Below, in pieces: positions 1-12,044 of a stretch of 64,000 bases of DNA. Where the stretch lies: NCBI GenBank assembly GCA_951406725.2, contig OX597816.1, positions 7,936,001-8,000,000 of the forward strand. The letters are read 5' to 3'. Source of the stretch: Octopus vulgaris (lineage: Eukaryota). A model generated the notes under the pieces. The model saw only the letters and a list, made by a program, of their open reading frames with translations. It was not told the origin of the DNA and did no database searches. Within the stretch, counting starts at the first letter, position 1, and every line of letters starts with the position of its first letter. Both the position numbers and the translations under genes were made by a program.

Positions 1-90
1 CACTTGACCAAAATGTCACATAATGGGATTGAACCCAGAACCATCTGGTTGGGAAGCAAACTTCTTACCATACAGCCACACCTGCAACTA

Positions 91-1245
91 TTGGGGCATC
101 CCATAAATAATGTGGTTTGTTTATACTTCTTTTACACTCCTTCATTTTCTACAATGCTTTTCCATCTATCTGGTAGTCTTACAAGGCTCCTCTTCCAAAA
201 TTCACTTGCCTGTGATGAAAAATACTCTTCCAGTACTGTTCTGATCTTGTCTATAGAATTCATATTTTTTCCATACAAATGATTTTGGAATAAATGATAA
301 TCAGATGGGACCAATATCTGGCGAATATGGTGGGTGGGGCATTGATTCCCATTCAAATTGCTCCAGTCCTCGCTCTATGTGGCCCAGCATTATCCTGACA
401 GAACATCTTTTGTCTTGAAACCAAAGGTGGTCCACAGTAGAACTCCTTTGTTATCGTTTGGTTTGGGTTTAAAAGTTCAAAGTGGACTAAACCTTTCATA
501 CCCCACCAAACAGATAACAACACTTTACGTGGGTGAAGACCTTCTTCAGTCTGGGGTGCCAGTGTTTCTCCTTTCCCTACCCACTTTCTTTGGTACCTGA
601 TATTTTTTTATAGATTTCATTTCTTGTCACCAGTCACTATTTGGCCCCGAAAAGGTTCATTTGTGAAATATGACACCAAAGAAGAGCACACATTCACTTT
701 CTGCACGTGTTTAGACTTGGAAAGTCTATGAGGAACCCATTGACCCAATTTGCTGATTTTCTGATGGCCTGCAGGTGTTGATGAATCATTGAATGACCAA
801 ATCCAAGCTTCTCTGCTAGTTCCTCAATAGTTATGATAGGATTTTGTTCCACCAGGGTTTGCAGGATGTCCTCGTTGAACTCTGCAGACCTTCCGGCTCG
901 TCTTCTAGGCTGTAGTTTCTGGCTCAGAATTTCTGGAATCACCGTTGAATGTCTGATCTCCATATATTCCATTAATATTTCTTGCACTTACCGTTGCATT
1001 GTTGCCTTTATTGAACTCATAAAGCAAAATATGCCAAATATGCTCCTTTGTCATTTCCATCATAGCTTTGGAAAAATAACTGTTAAAATTGAACTGCACT
1101 CTTTAAAACTTGCACTAAGAATAAGTACAAGTTAAAACTACTACCTGCTTTTATAGCAAGTTGATGCAGGTAGTTTATCTCGTCCCCCCTCCGACTTTTA
1201 GTTCATGCAAGTGAAAAAAACCGCATTATCTATGGGATGGCCCAA
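91..1245 (-). mobile_element. Decayed Tc1/mariner (mariner) DNA transposon with transposase pseudogene
   Basis: Imperfect ~30-bp TIRs (ttggggcatcccataaataatgtggtt at 91; rc of aaccgcattatctatgggatggcccaa ending 1245), TA at the left end. Minus-strand fragments MEMTKEHIWHILLYEFNKGNNAT, GRSAEFNEDILQTLVEQNP, HPPYSPD..PSDYHLF and RLPDRWKSIVENEG are mariner transposase motifs, broken by frameshifts. Confidence 0.9.
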
Positions 1246-1338
1246 ACCCAATATATATATATATATATATATATACATACACACACACACACACACACAT
1301 ATATATATCTGTCTGTCTAACGATCACAATACGTATCT

Positions 1339-1397
1339 TCCGGCACTATTAATAGTTTCACATGTCTGAAAATCTAAACCTGTTCTTCAGACACAGA
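1339..1397 (-). ncRNA. Degenerate minimal hammerhead-like motif next to a (TA)n(CA)n tract
   Basis: Minus strand: CTGAAGA, stem II (ACA...TGT), GAAA, then palindromic ACTATTAATAGT as stem III. H17 and stem I are imperfect. Confidence 0.35.
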
Positions 1398-1829
1398 CCA
1401 CTCTTTGTGCTGAATTAAGAACTTTAAATATGGCATCGGACGTGAGAATATGTTAAAAAAAAATGAAAAAATGGTGGCATATAGGAAATCAAAAGGTCAC
1501 TGAGATTCACCTTCTCAATTGCAACATTCTTCTTAAAACCTCCTTGAGTCTTGCATCTGTTATCCTGGCCTCCTCAAACTCTTTTACTCCACTCCACACA
1601 TTTGTTCATCATCCAGTTTCATCTGAAGCAAGGGTTTCTATGGCCTTTGGATCCATTCCAAGTGACTTCATGGTAGTCCTTATGCCATCTTTAAATCTCT
1701 TTTTAGGTTTACACTGATTGCATTTCCCCTCTGCAAGCTCGCCATAAAACAACTGCTTGGGTGTGCATTCATCCACCATTCAAACAATTCTATCTTTACT
1801 ATCTATATATATATATATATATATATATC

Positions 1830-2563
1830 TGATTGGTTCCCATGCCAGTGGCACATAAAAAGCACCATCTGGACGTGGTTGATGCCAGGTCCATCTAACT
1901 TGCTCCCATGCCGGTGGCATGTTAAAAGCACTATCCAAACATGACTGATGCCAGGCCCACCTAACTGGCTCCTGTGCCAGGGGCATGTAAAAAGCACCCA
2001 CTACACTCTCGGAGTGGTTGGCGTTAGGAAGGGCATCTAGCTGTAGAAACATTACCAGATCAGATTGGAGCCTGGTGCAGCCATCTGGTTCGCCAGACCT
2101 CAGTCAAACTGCCCAACCCATGCCAGCATGGTAAATGGACGTTAAACTATGATGATAATGAGCTCCATCCGTTTGTGTCCGTTGCCAGCCTCGCCTGGCA
2201 CCCGTGCCGTTGGCACGTAAAAGCGCCATCTGCTCATGTCCGTTGCCAGCCTCGCCTGGCCCCGTGCCGGTAGCACCTAAAAGCACCATCCGTTCGTGTC
2301 CGTTGCCAGCGCCGCCTGGCCCCCGTGCCGGTGGCACGTAAAAAGCACCATCCGTTTGTGACCGTTTGCCAGCTCTGTCTGGCACCTGTGCGGGTGGCAC
2401 GTAAAAAGCACCCACTACGCTCTCGGAGTGGTTGGCGTTAGGAAGGGCATCCAGCCGCAGAAACACTGCCAGATCTGACTGGGCCTGATGAAGCCTTCCA
2501 GTTTCACAGACCCCAGTTAAACCGTCCAACCCATGGAAAACGGACGCTAAATGATGATGATGA
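1830..2563 (+). mobile_element. Two adjacent RTE-LINE 3' UTR fragments
   Basis: Tandem ~60-bp units, then GTTGGCGTTAGGAAGGGCATCCAGC..., CCAACCCATG and a (GAT)n tail, matching the 3' end of the LINE at 46370-50103. Confidence 0.8.
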
Positions 2564-2890
2564 TATATATATATAATCATTATAGGTAAGGGTAAAAAAT
2601 GATTAATTTATAATTAATAAATTTTACCAAGTAGTTTCGGTAAGGAAAAGAACCATATTCAGTAAAAACTTATACAAGAAGTTTTATATATAATTATAAC
2701 AATAATTAAGGGCTTAGCAACAAGTTGCTTAACCACATACCGAAAATTTTAGAAATAGCAGCCAAAAGACCGTTATTTCTTCTTCGCTACAAAATATAAC
2801 TCCACAGATAACACTATCTGTAACTCACTTGAGTAAAAAGAAAGAAAATAATAAAATCAAATAATGAAATCAAATTATGGACGTGTTTCT

Positions 2891-3140
2891 GGATTAGAAT
2901 TATAAAAATTCATTTCCTTTATCAACATAATATTTCGAGAATTATAAATTTGAAAATGCTAGAAAACTTACCCTTTGCATTTCTGACCAAGCGCCATCAG
3001 AACACGAGCACAAGGCAGTCAGCATATGCAAACTTATACAGACGAGTGAAATTCATAATTGCCTCCAAGTTTACCATGTGCGGCATGAGACAGTACCACA
3101 TTATGTTGATAAAGGAAATTAATTTTTATAATTCTAATCC
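2891..3140. mobile_element. Unclassified MITE-like element with ~41-bp terminal inverted repeats
   Basis: ggattagaattataaaaattcatttcctttatcaacataat (2891-2931) is near-perfectly inverted at 3100-3140. Confidence 0.6.
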
Positions 3141-3215
3141 TGCATAAGTTTACCATGCTGCATAAAATCACCCATAGCAAATTTAATGAATTCTATGTTA
3201 AGAGTACCATCAAAC

Positions 3216-3381
3216 AGGCGCAGGAGTGTCTGTGTGGTAAGTAGCTTGCTAACCAACCACATGGTTCCGGGTTCAGTCCCACTGCGTGGCATCTTGGGCA
3301 AGTGTCTTCTGCTATAGCCTCGGGCCGACCAATGCCTTGTGAGTGGATTTGGTAGACGGAAACTGAAAGAAGCCTGTCGTA

Positions 3382-3426
<45 letters not shown>

Positions 3427-3628
3427 TAATTGTGTGTTTGTCCCCCTAGCATTGCTTGACAACCAATGCTGGTGTGTTTACGTCCCTGTCACTTAGTGGT
3501 TCGGCAAAAGAGACCGATAGAATAAGTACTGGGCTTACAAAGAATAAGTCCCAGGGTCGATTTGCTCGACTAAAGGCGGTGCTCCAGCATGGCCGCAATC
3601 AAATGACTGAAACAAGTAAAAGAGTAAA
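3216..3628 (+). mobile_element. tRNA-derived SINE family A (internal (TA)n)
   Basis: A/B-box-like head (gtggtaag...ggttcagtcc), cttgggcaagtgtct core, internal (TA)n, tail ...gactgaaacaagtaaaagag. More than 12 copies in the window. Confidence 0.85.
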
Positions 3629-4747
3629 CATGTTTACACACAGGTTTAAGAACGAATAAAAACTATACGTATAAATATATTTAAAGAAAGATTTTTTTTA
3701 ATAAGTTACTAGATATTTTTAAAAAATTGAAAAAGAACACTGTCACAAACCTTTGGGTTTTTGTATCTTCAAAGATTTGTGACATTCTGTTCTTAAATGT
3801 TTTTTTTTTTTTAATTGCTAATAACCTTTAAAAAAGTTTTTCTTTAAATATTGTGGTTACATCAAGTACTTTTTGCAAAAAACTTCCAAATATGTATCAT
3901 TATCATCATCATCATCATAGGTTTGTTTTTCCATGCTGGTGTGGACTGGATAGTTTGACCGGTGCTGGCAAGCCAGAGGACTGTGCCAAACTCCACTGTC
4001 TGCTTTGGCATGGTTACTGCAGCTAGATGCCCTTCCTAAGGTCACCCACTTTACAGAATGTATTGGGTGAGGTCACAAAGTAACTTGCAAGACAAAGGTC
4101 CCTCAACTGGGAGAGGGGGCAGTATTGAGGGAGGTGGTTTGAAGCATGATGGTGGGGCAGAAGCAGATTACCCTAGTCAGAGAGAGAGAGAGAATGGGAG
4201 ATGGTGGGGATGTGTCAGGTCCAAGAGGTGAATGTAAATGGAGTATTAGAGGGTTGGACAGGGTTGTTGGAATGTTTGGTATTAAAAATACCTTTTGTGA
4301 TTCTATTTGCTAATTAGAACTATTTAATTATTCAGTGCCACTAGAAATCTCTTATGTGTAAGTAATGCAAACAAGAATGGAAAAAAAAAAAATACAAACC
4401 AACTTTAGAGTAATTAGCTCCATGAACAAAGACATTAATTAAAGCAAATTTCTTGCGAGCTCATTGTGACTGCTTCATACAGGAAGAAAAAAACAATAAA
4501 AAACATCATAGAATATTTATATAACTGCAGTTATGTCTTATTTAATTAGAAAATTCAATTAAAATTTCTCAGCTGTTTTTCTCTTTTAGATATAGAATTG
4601 ATACAGGTGCTGGTGCCACGTAAAAAGCATCTGGTTATACTCTGTAAAGTGGTTGTTGTCAGGAAGGGCATCCAGCTGTAGAAATCATGCCAGAACAGAC
4701 AATGGAGCTTGGTATGGTCCCCTGGCCTTGCCAGCTCCTGTCAAACC

Positions 4748-5159
4748 TATTTCTTTACTACCCACAAGGGGCTAAACATAGAGGGGACAAACAAGGACAG
4801 ACAAACGGATTAAGTTGATTATATCAACCCCAGTGCATAACTGGTACTTATTTAATCGACCCCGAAAGGATGAAAGGCAAAGTCGACCTCGGTGGAATTT
4901 GAACTCAGAATGTAGCGGCAGACGAAATACCTATTTCTTAATTACCCACAAGGGGCTAAACACAGAGGGGACAAACAAGGACAGACATAGGTATTAAGTC
5001 GATTACATCGACCCCAGTGTGTAACTGGTACTTAATTTATCAACCCCGAAAGGATGAAAGGCAAAGTCGACCTCGGCGGAATTTGAACTCACAACGTAAC
5101 GCAGACGAAATACTGCTAAGCGTTTTGCCTGGAGTGCTAATGTTTCTGCCAGCTCACCA
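4748..5159 (-). mobile_element. tRNA-derived SINE family B (Meta-like domain), tandem dimer, inserted in an RTE tail
   Basis: gcctttcatcctttcggggtcgat..aagtaccag domain present twice. 11-bp TSD cctgtcaaacc at 4737-4747 and 5160-5170. Confidence 0.8.
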
Positions 5160-5274
5160 CCTGTCAAACCATCCAACCCATGCCAGCATAGAAAACAGAC
5201 TTTAAATGATGATGATGAATGGTTTTTCAAGGGAAAATGAGTTTATTGTTCTTCTTAGATGTATAAGACAGAAC

Positions 5275-5381
5275 TGAAATGCAATACATACAAATAGGAT
5301 TCAATACTAAGGTCATTGTGTTAAGACCGAACCGAAATGCAATACATACAAATAGGATTCAATACTAAGGTCATTGTGTTA
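5275..5381. repeat. Local ~47-bp direct duplication
   Basis: gaaatgcaatacatacaaataggattcaatactaaggtcattgtgtta occurs twice with a short spacer. Confidence 0.85.
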
Positions 5382-5443
5382 CATTTTGGTAGTCTCTAGA
5401 TTTACGTTTTTATTCAGTTTTGACTCTTCCACTCTGTTGGTTG

Positions 5444-5745
5444 TGGAGGCACATGGCCCAGTGGTTAGAGCCATGGATTCGTAATCGAGGGATTGCGGGT
5501 TTGAATCTCAGACCGGACGATGTGTGTGTTTATGAGTGAAACACCTAAGCTCCATGTAACTCCAGCAGAACATAATGGCAAACTTCTGCTGACTGTTTCG
5601 CCACAACTTTCTCTCACTCTTTCCTCCTGCATCTAGCAGCTCACCTGTGACAGACCGGCAACCCATCCAGGTGGGGAACTTATACACCAATGAAACTGGG
5701 AAACCGGCCCTTATGAGCCAGGCATGGCTTGAGAAGGAACAAACA
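5444..5745 (+). mobile_element. tRNA-derived SINE (third family)
   Basis: tggcccagtggttagagc...gggtttgaatctc tRNA-like head. Related heads at about 27665 and 36620. Confidence 0.6.
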
Positions 5746-6326
5746 CCTACTCTGTTGATTACACAGTGCCCTCTCTCCATCCCCCAAGAACAGAGGCCAC
5801 ATAAAGCAATGAGGTTCCTTTTGTTTTGCAGAGAGCACAACAACCCCACTAGTGCTGGTGTCATGATAAAATAGGTCCAGTATAAGGGAAGACAAGGAAG
5901 GGGGTGAGGACCTGTTAGTCTTGTTTCAACATGTGCATGGTAACCTCTGTGGTGCTGGGGCCACAATTAAAATTCATCTCCTTCCAATACAATGAGCCAA
6001 GTGGTTGGTGGCAGGAAGGGCACAGAGCAGTAGAAATCATGTCAAAAATATCAAGTATGAGTGAGGTGTGGTTCCCTGGTCCATCTGGGAGGGTTAGGGT
6101 GTCTGGTAAAAATGAGTTGTACTTTGTAATTCAAAGGGCCAGCCTTGTCACACTCTGTGTCATGCTGAATCTCCCTGAGAACTACATTAAGGGTATGCAT
6201 GTCTGTGGAGTACTCAGCCACTTGCACATTAATTTCACAAGCATGTTGTTTTGTTGACTGGATCAGTTGAAACCCTTGTTGTTGTAACTGAGAGAGTACC
6301 AGTTCTTTCACTTACATGTGTGTTCG

Positions 6327-6359
<33 letters not shown>

Positions 6360-6680
6360 TCTTGTACAAATACACACACTCAGTGTTTGTGTGGTAAAAA
6401 TAAATGTTCTAATTTCGTTACAGCCAATGTATTGTGTGGTGCAACTTCAGCCTGTCTACCTAATACTCTATACAAATATACAAACTTTTTAACAGCAGTC
6501 CTCTATTATATATACAGAGACTCAATCTAGAAATAACAATCATCTGATGGCACTTGTTCTTTCCAAAATAAATCTATTTACCAAAATATTTTCCCTGCCA
6601 GTTCCTTGTTAGACTTTCTCATGGTTGACCGAAAGACAGTCTATTTAATCTTTACTCAAAACGCTGAAAAAAAAAAAAAG

Positions 6681-7066
6681 AGGCGCAGGAGTGGCTGTGT
6701 GGTAAGTAGCTTGCTAACCAACCACATGGTTCCGGGTTCAGTCCCACTGCGTGGCATCTTGGGCAAGTGTCTTCTGCTATAGCCTTGTGAGTGGATTTGG
6801 TAGACGGAAACTGAAAGAAGCCTGTCGTATATATGTATATATATATATATATATATAAGTGTGTGTGCGTGTATGTTTGTGTGTCTGTGTTTGTTCCCCT
6901 AGCATTGCTTGACAACCGATGCTGGTGTGTTTACGTCCCCGTCACTTAGCGGTTCGGCAAAAGAGACCGATAGAATAAGTACTGGGCTTACAAAGAATAA
7001 GTCCTGGGGTCGATTTACTCGACTAAAGGTGGTGCTCCAGCATGGCCGCAGTCGAGAGTAAAGAGT
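6681..7066 (+). mobile_element. SINE family A copy
   Basis: Near-identical to 3216-3628. Confidence 0.85.
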
Positions 7067-7252
7067 ATGAAATGTGTTTTTCTTTTTTGTTGTTTTTTGT
7101 GTGAAATTCACTTAATGAAACTATCCTAATTAGCTTCTAAATACTAGTTCTACTATAACTTCCTCGAAATGGTATTGTTTGGCATTTAGTTCTGCACTAT
7201 TGAATGTTTAAATAGGAAACGATTTGCTCTATTTTTTTTTGTTTTTTTGCAG

Positions 7253-7370
7253 TTAAAAAAACAGTTTGGAGCGAGTACCTTACCTCCATTCCCACCGAAA
7301 CGACTACTGTCTCTGTCTCAAGCACAATTGGATGAGCGGCGAATCAGCCTGGAGCGTTACATTCAGATGG
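7253..7370 (+). CDS. SNX17: SNX17 coding exon (PX domain): LKKQFGASTLPPFPPKRLLSLSQAQLDERRISLERYIQM
   Basis: Poly-pyrimidine tract and AG acceptor, GT donor, 118 nt. PX proline motif FPPK; resembles SNX17 LRKEYGANVLPAFPPKKLFSLTPAEVEQRREQLEKYMQ. Confidence 0.93.
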
Positions 7371-7860
7371 GTCGGTACAGTTTGTTTATAAAATCAGTGT
7401 TGAATGGCTTTCGATATTTACACAGACAGTCATTGTTGTCTATTGTCTTTTGTTTTGTAATTTAACGTTGCTGCTATCGATATCATTGATGAAGAAGCTG
7501 GTTCATGAACTTCTGGTCATCTTGCAAACAATGTATTTTATTGTATTGATTCTCAAAAATCAATCAGGATTGATTTTACCTTTGAACTCTTCCTTGTGTA
7601 TAAAATTGATACCACCTGATTCCGATTGGCTTTATGACAATTGGCTTTGTGCCTGATCAATAGAAATTGATTTTAAGAAACCTTTTAAGAATGATTTTAA
7701 GAATGTTGTATTCCCTGATTTCAATGAAGTTCCTTGCAAAATATGATTTGGGCTTTGATTTCAAATGAAATTCCTTGCCAAATACTCATGCAAAAGATTT
7801 TGCAATTTTATTGACAATGAAATTCAACATAATTATGTTTCAGGTATGAAAGTTAGTAAG

Positions 7861-8110
7861 AAAACAATTGCAGTGTGGAAGGTGTTTATAAGCCATTTAA
7901 GAAACTCACAAAAACCGTTAGATTCACTTCAACATTTAAATTTAATTTGTCAAGATATTTTTGTCGCTTTGAGACTGTGACCTGTTCACTGACAAAACTC
8001 TGTGCTGCATCTCTTAAATGGCTTATAAACACCTTCCACGCTGCAATTGTTTTCGTTCCAGCACACGATCTCAGATCAAGTCACTCGCTATGCAAATACA
8101 TCTCCGTAAT
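7861..8110 (-). mobile_element. Non-autonomous Penelope-like element family 2 (inverted arms, hammerhead variant)
   Basis: Inverted arms (about 7861-7901 vs 8012-8053) with a longer tail on one arm. TSD aagttagtaag at 7850-7860 and 8111-8121. Hammerhead-like fold at 7946-7996 on -. Confidence 0.65.
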
Positions 8111-9900
8111 AAGTTAGTAAGAGTTTAACCAGAAAGGTATTTCTTTGTGTAAAACATTTCTGTCTCATAGAATAGAATTAAAATTCGGTAGCGATGATGT
8201 GGTGGCACTGATTAAAGTGTCAGATTATTGCTCTAATGGTCGGAGATTCAAATGTTACTAGGAATTTCATGCCTCTGAGCCAGGCATATTTCTCTGTCTA
8301 ATTAACACATGGCATTATATGTTGGAAAATTAGCACCAATTCCATTGTACTGTATAATGGTGGAGGCTATGATTAGAATTGAAATATTGCTGAAAGAAAG
8401 CTGAAGAAAATTTATAGAATTCGTACACCATCCTGTGTGTTTGTGTGTATAATCATCATCATTTATCATCCATCTTCCATGCTGGCATAGATTGGACGGT
8501 TTGACAGCATCCAATGAGCTAGCTGGCTGTATCCAGTTCTATCTGCTTTGGTGTGGTCTCTACAGCTGGATGCTCTTCCTGATACCAACCACTTTACAGA
8601 GTGTACTGGGTGCTTTTTATGTGGCACCAGCAGTAGTGAGGTTGCTAAGTACCTCACAAGACAAGAACCTTCAACTGAAGGGGTAGCGGCATTGAGAGAG
8701 GTGGTTTTGTGCCAGGTGATGAGGAGGTTGGAGTGTGATAGAGAGACAGAAACAGGTGTGTTGCTGTAGGAGAGACACATGGCCACCTCAGCTGGATTAA
8801 GAGAGAGAGAGAGATGAGAAAGTGAAAGAAGCTGGTGGAGATGTGTTAGGGTCTATACCCTAATGTTACAGGGAGGTGAATTATAAGTGAAATGGTACAG
8901 AGAAGTGGGTAGGGTACGTGGGTAGGCAGGCGGTGGAGAGGAGGGGAATGCAGCGAGTGGTAAACATGGGTGGAAGGTGGGCTTGTTAGGAAGATGAGGT
9001 GTGAGAGAATTCTTTGAAACTTTGTCCCCTTTAGCCATATATCTGTATAGCAAGACGCCTGTGCTTGTCCCCCTGTCTTTAACCTTTTAACACCTGGCAT
9101 GCAATCACTCATCTCCACCTTCCCCTCCCAACTACTTCTTCGTAGTGGGAACTTTTCTCCATCTTTTCCCTCTCAAGAGGTTGCCATTCTAATTCCTCGC
9201 AAATTTTATGAAACTTCATTAGTGCCTGTGGCATGAAAAAAGCACCCAGTCCTTTCTGTAAAGTGGTTGGCATTAGGAAAGGCATCCAGCCATAGAAACC
9301 AAGCCAAAGATAACATTGGAGTTCAGCTCAGACCTTCAGCCCACCAGTCCCCCATAAAACTGTCCTGCCTATGCTAAGCATGGAAAATGCTCATTAAATG
9401 AAGATGATTGCAATTAATGAACAATAGTGTTTATTTGTTTACATGGTTGTCGTGGGTTGATTATTGTTTCACTGCACTTCTGGCTGCCAGAGCCTGTAAC
9501 TTGATGACTGGCGTCTGTGTCGGTGACACGTAAAAGCGTCAACCGATTGTGGCTGTTTGCCAGCCTCCTCTGGCCCCTGTGCCGGCGGCAGGTAAAAAGC
9601 ACCCATTACACTCTCGGAATGGTTGGCATTAGGAAGAGCATCCAGCTGTAGAAACACTACCAAATCAGACTGGCCTGGTGCAGCCTCCTGGCTTCCCAGA
9701 CCCCGGTTGAACCGTCCAACCCATGCTAGCATGGAAAGCTGATGTTAAACGATGATGATGATGATGATGACAACTTCCTTTGAAGACAATCAGTTTCCAC
9801 TTTCTCACCAATGTCTTTTATATTCTTTGCTGATGTATGTTAGTAAAAGTTGTACTCTTACATCTGTCTCTGTGTTTCCCCCACACGACAGACATCTACT

Positions 9901-10307
9901 CTTTACTCTTTACTCTTTTACTTGTTTCAGTCATTTGACTGCAGCCATGCTGGAGCACTGCCTTTAGTTGAGCAAATCGACCCCGGGACTTTGTAAGCCC
10001 AGTACTTATTCTATCGGTCTCTTTTGCCGAACCGCTAAGTTACAGGAACGTAAACACACCAGCATCAGTTTGTCAAGCAATGCTAGGGGTCAAACACAGA
10101 CACACAAACACACACACATACATATATATACATATATACATATATATGACAGGCTTCTTTCAGTTTCCGTCTACCAAATCCACTCACAAGGCATTGGTCG
10201 GCCCGGGGCTATAGCAGAAGACACTTGCCCAAGATGCCACGTAGTGGGACTGAACCCGGAACCATGAGGTTGGTTAGCAAGCTACTTACCACACAGCCAC
10301 TCCTGCA
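9901..10307 (-). mobile_element. SINE family A copy
   Basis: Reverse complement of the family A consensus. Confidence 0.85.
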
Positions 10308-10955
10308 GTTTCTGTTAAATTATTGGAGAGATTAAAACTGTGATGTCTTGAACTTCAAACTCTGAACTTTCTGTTGTTTGTAACTAATATAGATTTAAAA
10401 GTGCTCTCCACTTGAGACCTTCACAATCTCTTGTCTCTTCCGCTTTGTCAACACTCAGTAGCCAACATGACAAGTAGTAGTGAAATTTCAAGCAGAAATA
10501 TTATTAAAATAAGATTTGATTACTTATACAGGCGCAGGAGTGGCTGTGTGGTAAGAGGTTCAATACCTCATTTGTGTTTTTAAAAAAAGAACAATGTTAT
10601 CGGGAAGTAACAATCGGCAGGCATTGGCTGCTTCCTCCACCAACCATCTCTTTTTTTCAGTCCATCATCATCATTGTGTCTGTGTCCAGCCCGCAAAGCT
10701 TCATCTCCATTATGCCTTTATGGCAAATGTAATGAAGTAAAGAAGCTTGCTTCCCAACCACATGGTTCTGGGTTCAGTCCCACTGCATGGCACCTTGGAC
10801 AAGTGTCTTCTACTATAGCCTCAGGTTGACCAAAGCGATGTAACTGGATTTGGTAGATGGAAACTGAAAGAAGCCCATAGTAGATTTATATATATATATG
10901 ATAGATCGCTAGCCACTATGCAATCTTTATTTTCTCTTTGTTTCTTTCTGTGTCC

Positions 10956-10991
10956 CTTTCTGTAGAAGAGCGTAGGCTCGAAACATTAAAG
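10956..10991 (+). ncRNA. Minimal type I hammerhead-like motif (PLE-type, third family) inside a ~180-bp insert in a SINE (TA)n tract
   Basis: CTTT-CTGTAGA-A-GAGC gtag GCTC-GAAA-CAT-T-AAAG. Stems I and II pair; A6 is replaced by T. Confidence 0.5.
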
Positions 10992-11698
10992 ACTTTTTCA
11001 CTTCCTGAGCGTTATACTAATACATCTGTTTGTTGTCTACACCACCTATCTTCGTCTTTTGTTTTTTTTGTGAATTCTCTCTATCATCATCATCATCAAC
11101 ATTGTTTAGCGTCCGCTTTCCATGCTAGCATGGGTTGGACATATATGTGTGTGTGTGTATTTGTGTGTCTGTGTTTGTCCCCTCCCCCACTGTCATTTGA
11201 CAACTAATGTTGGTGTGTTTACGTCCCTGTAACTTAGTGGTTTGGCAGAAGAGATCGATAAACTAAGTACTAGACTTACAAAGAATAAGTCCTGGGGTCG
11301 ATTTGTTCAACTAAAAGGTGGTGCTCCAGCATGGCTGTAGTCAAATGACTGAAACAAGTAAAAGAACACACATTATTTTTAGTGCCATCTCAGTTAGTGC
11401 CGAGTCTGTTGTGGCCAGGAAATTCTCCAGCCTGCTTCATGGGACTTAAACAAATAACAAAAGAAACGGACCCTTTAGTCAAGCATTCCTTTTCTCAACC
11501 TGAATGCCTCTGTAGCTCTGTTGGTTTCTGGATTCACACAAGATGGTTGTGTGAAAATAAATCTTCACTGCAAATATTGAATGATAGCCCCTTCCCCCTA
11601 ATTTCTTTACTGTCAATATTTGTTTTCCTGTTGGAAGACATACTCGGATGAGTTCTTTGAATGGTGAGCTAAAGTTTTTTTAAATAGTCGTTCAACAC

Positions 11699-11848
11699 AT
11701 TATTTACATTCGACAGATATTTGACCTCAGCTTGTTTGTTGTTAACACTACACCATTTGCCCACAGGCATATGGCGTAGTGGTTAAGAGCATGGGCTCCT
11801 AACCCCAAGATTCCGAGTTCAATTCCAAGCTGTGACCTGAATAATAAA

Positions 11849-11896
<48 letters not shown>

Positions 11897-12012
11897 TTTC
11901 AACTAGCAATAACTATGCCTCGAATTTACCTCATTGGCCATGGTACTGCCTCTGCGCAAATAATAATGATAATAATAATACCACCACCAACAACAACAAC
12001 AGCAGCAGCAGC

Positions 12013-12044
<32 letters not shown>

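Noticed and set aside
1-7252. First SNX17 coding exons (MHFSIP..., YNIH.NG..HC..RYSQL)
   Set aside because: Not found in the window; presumed to lie upstream.
11766-11840. Possible tRNA gene
   Set aside because: A/B boxes are present but there is no good acceptor stem; it is the head of a repeated element.
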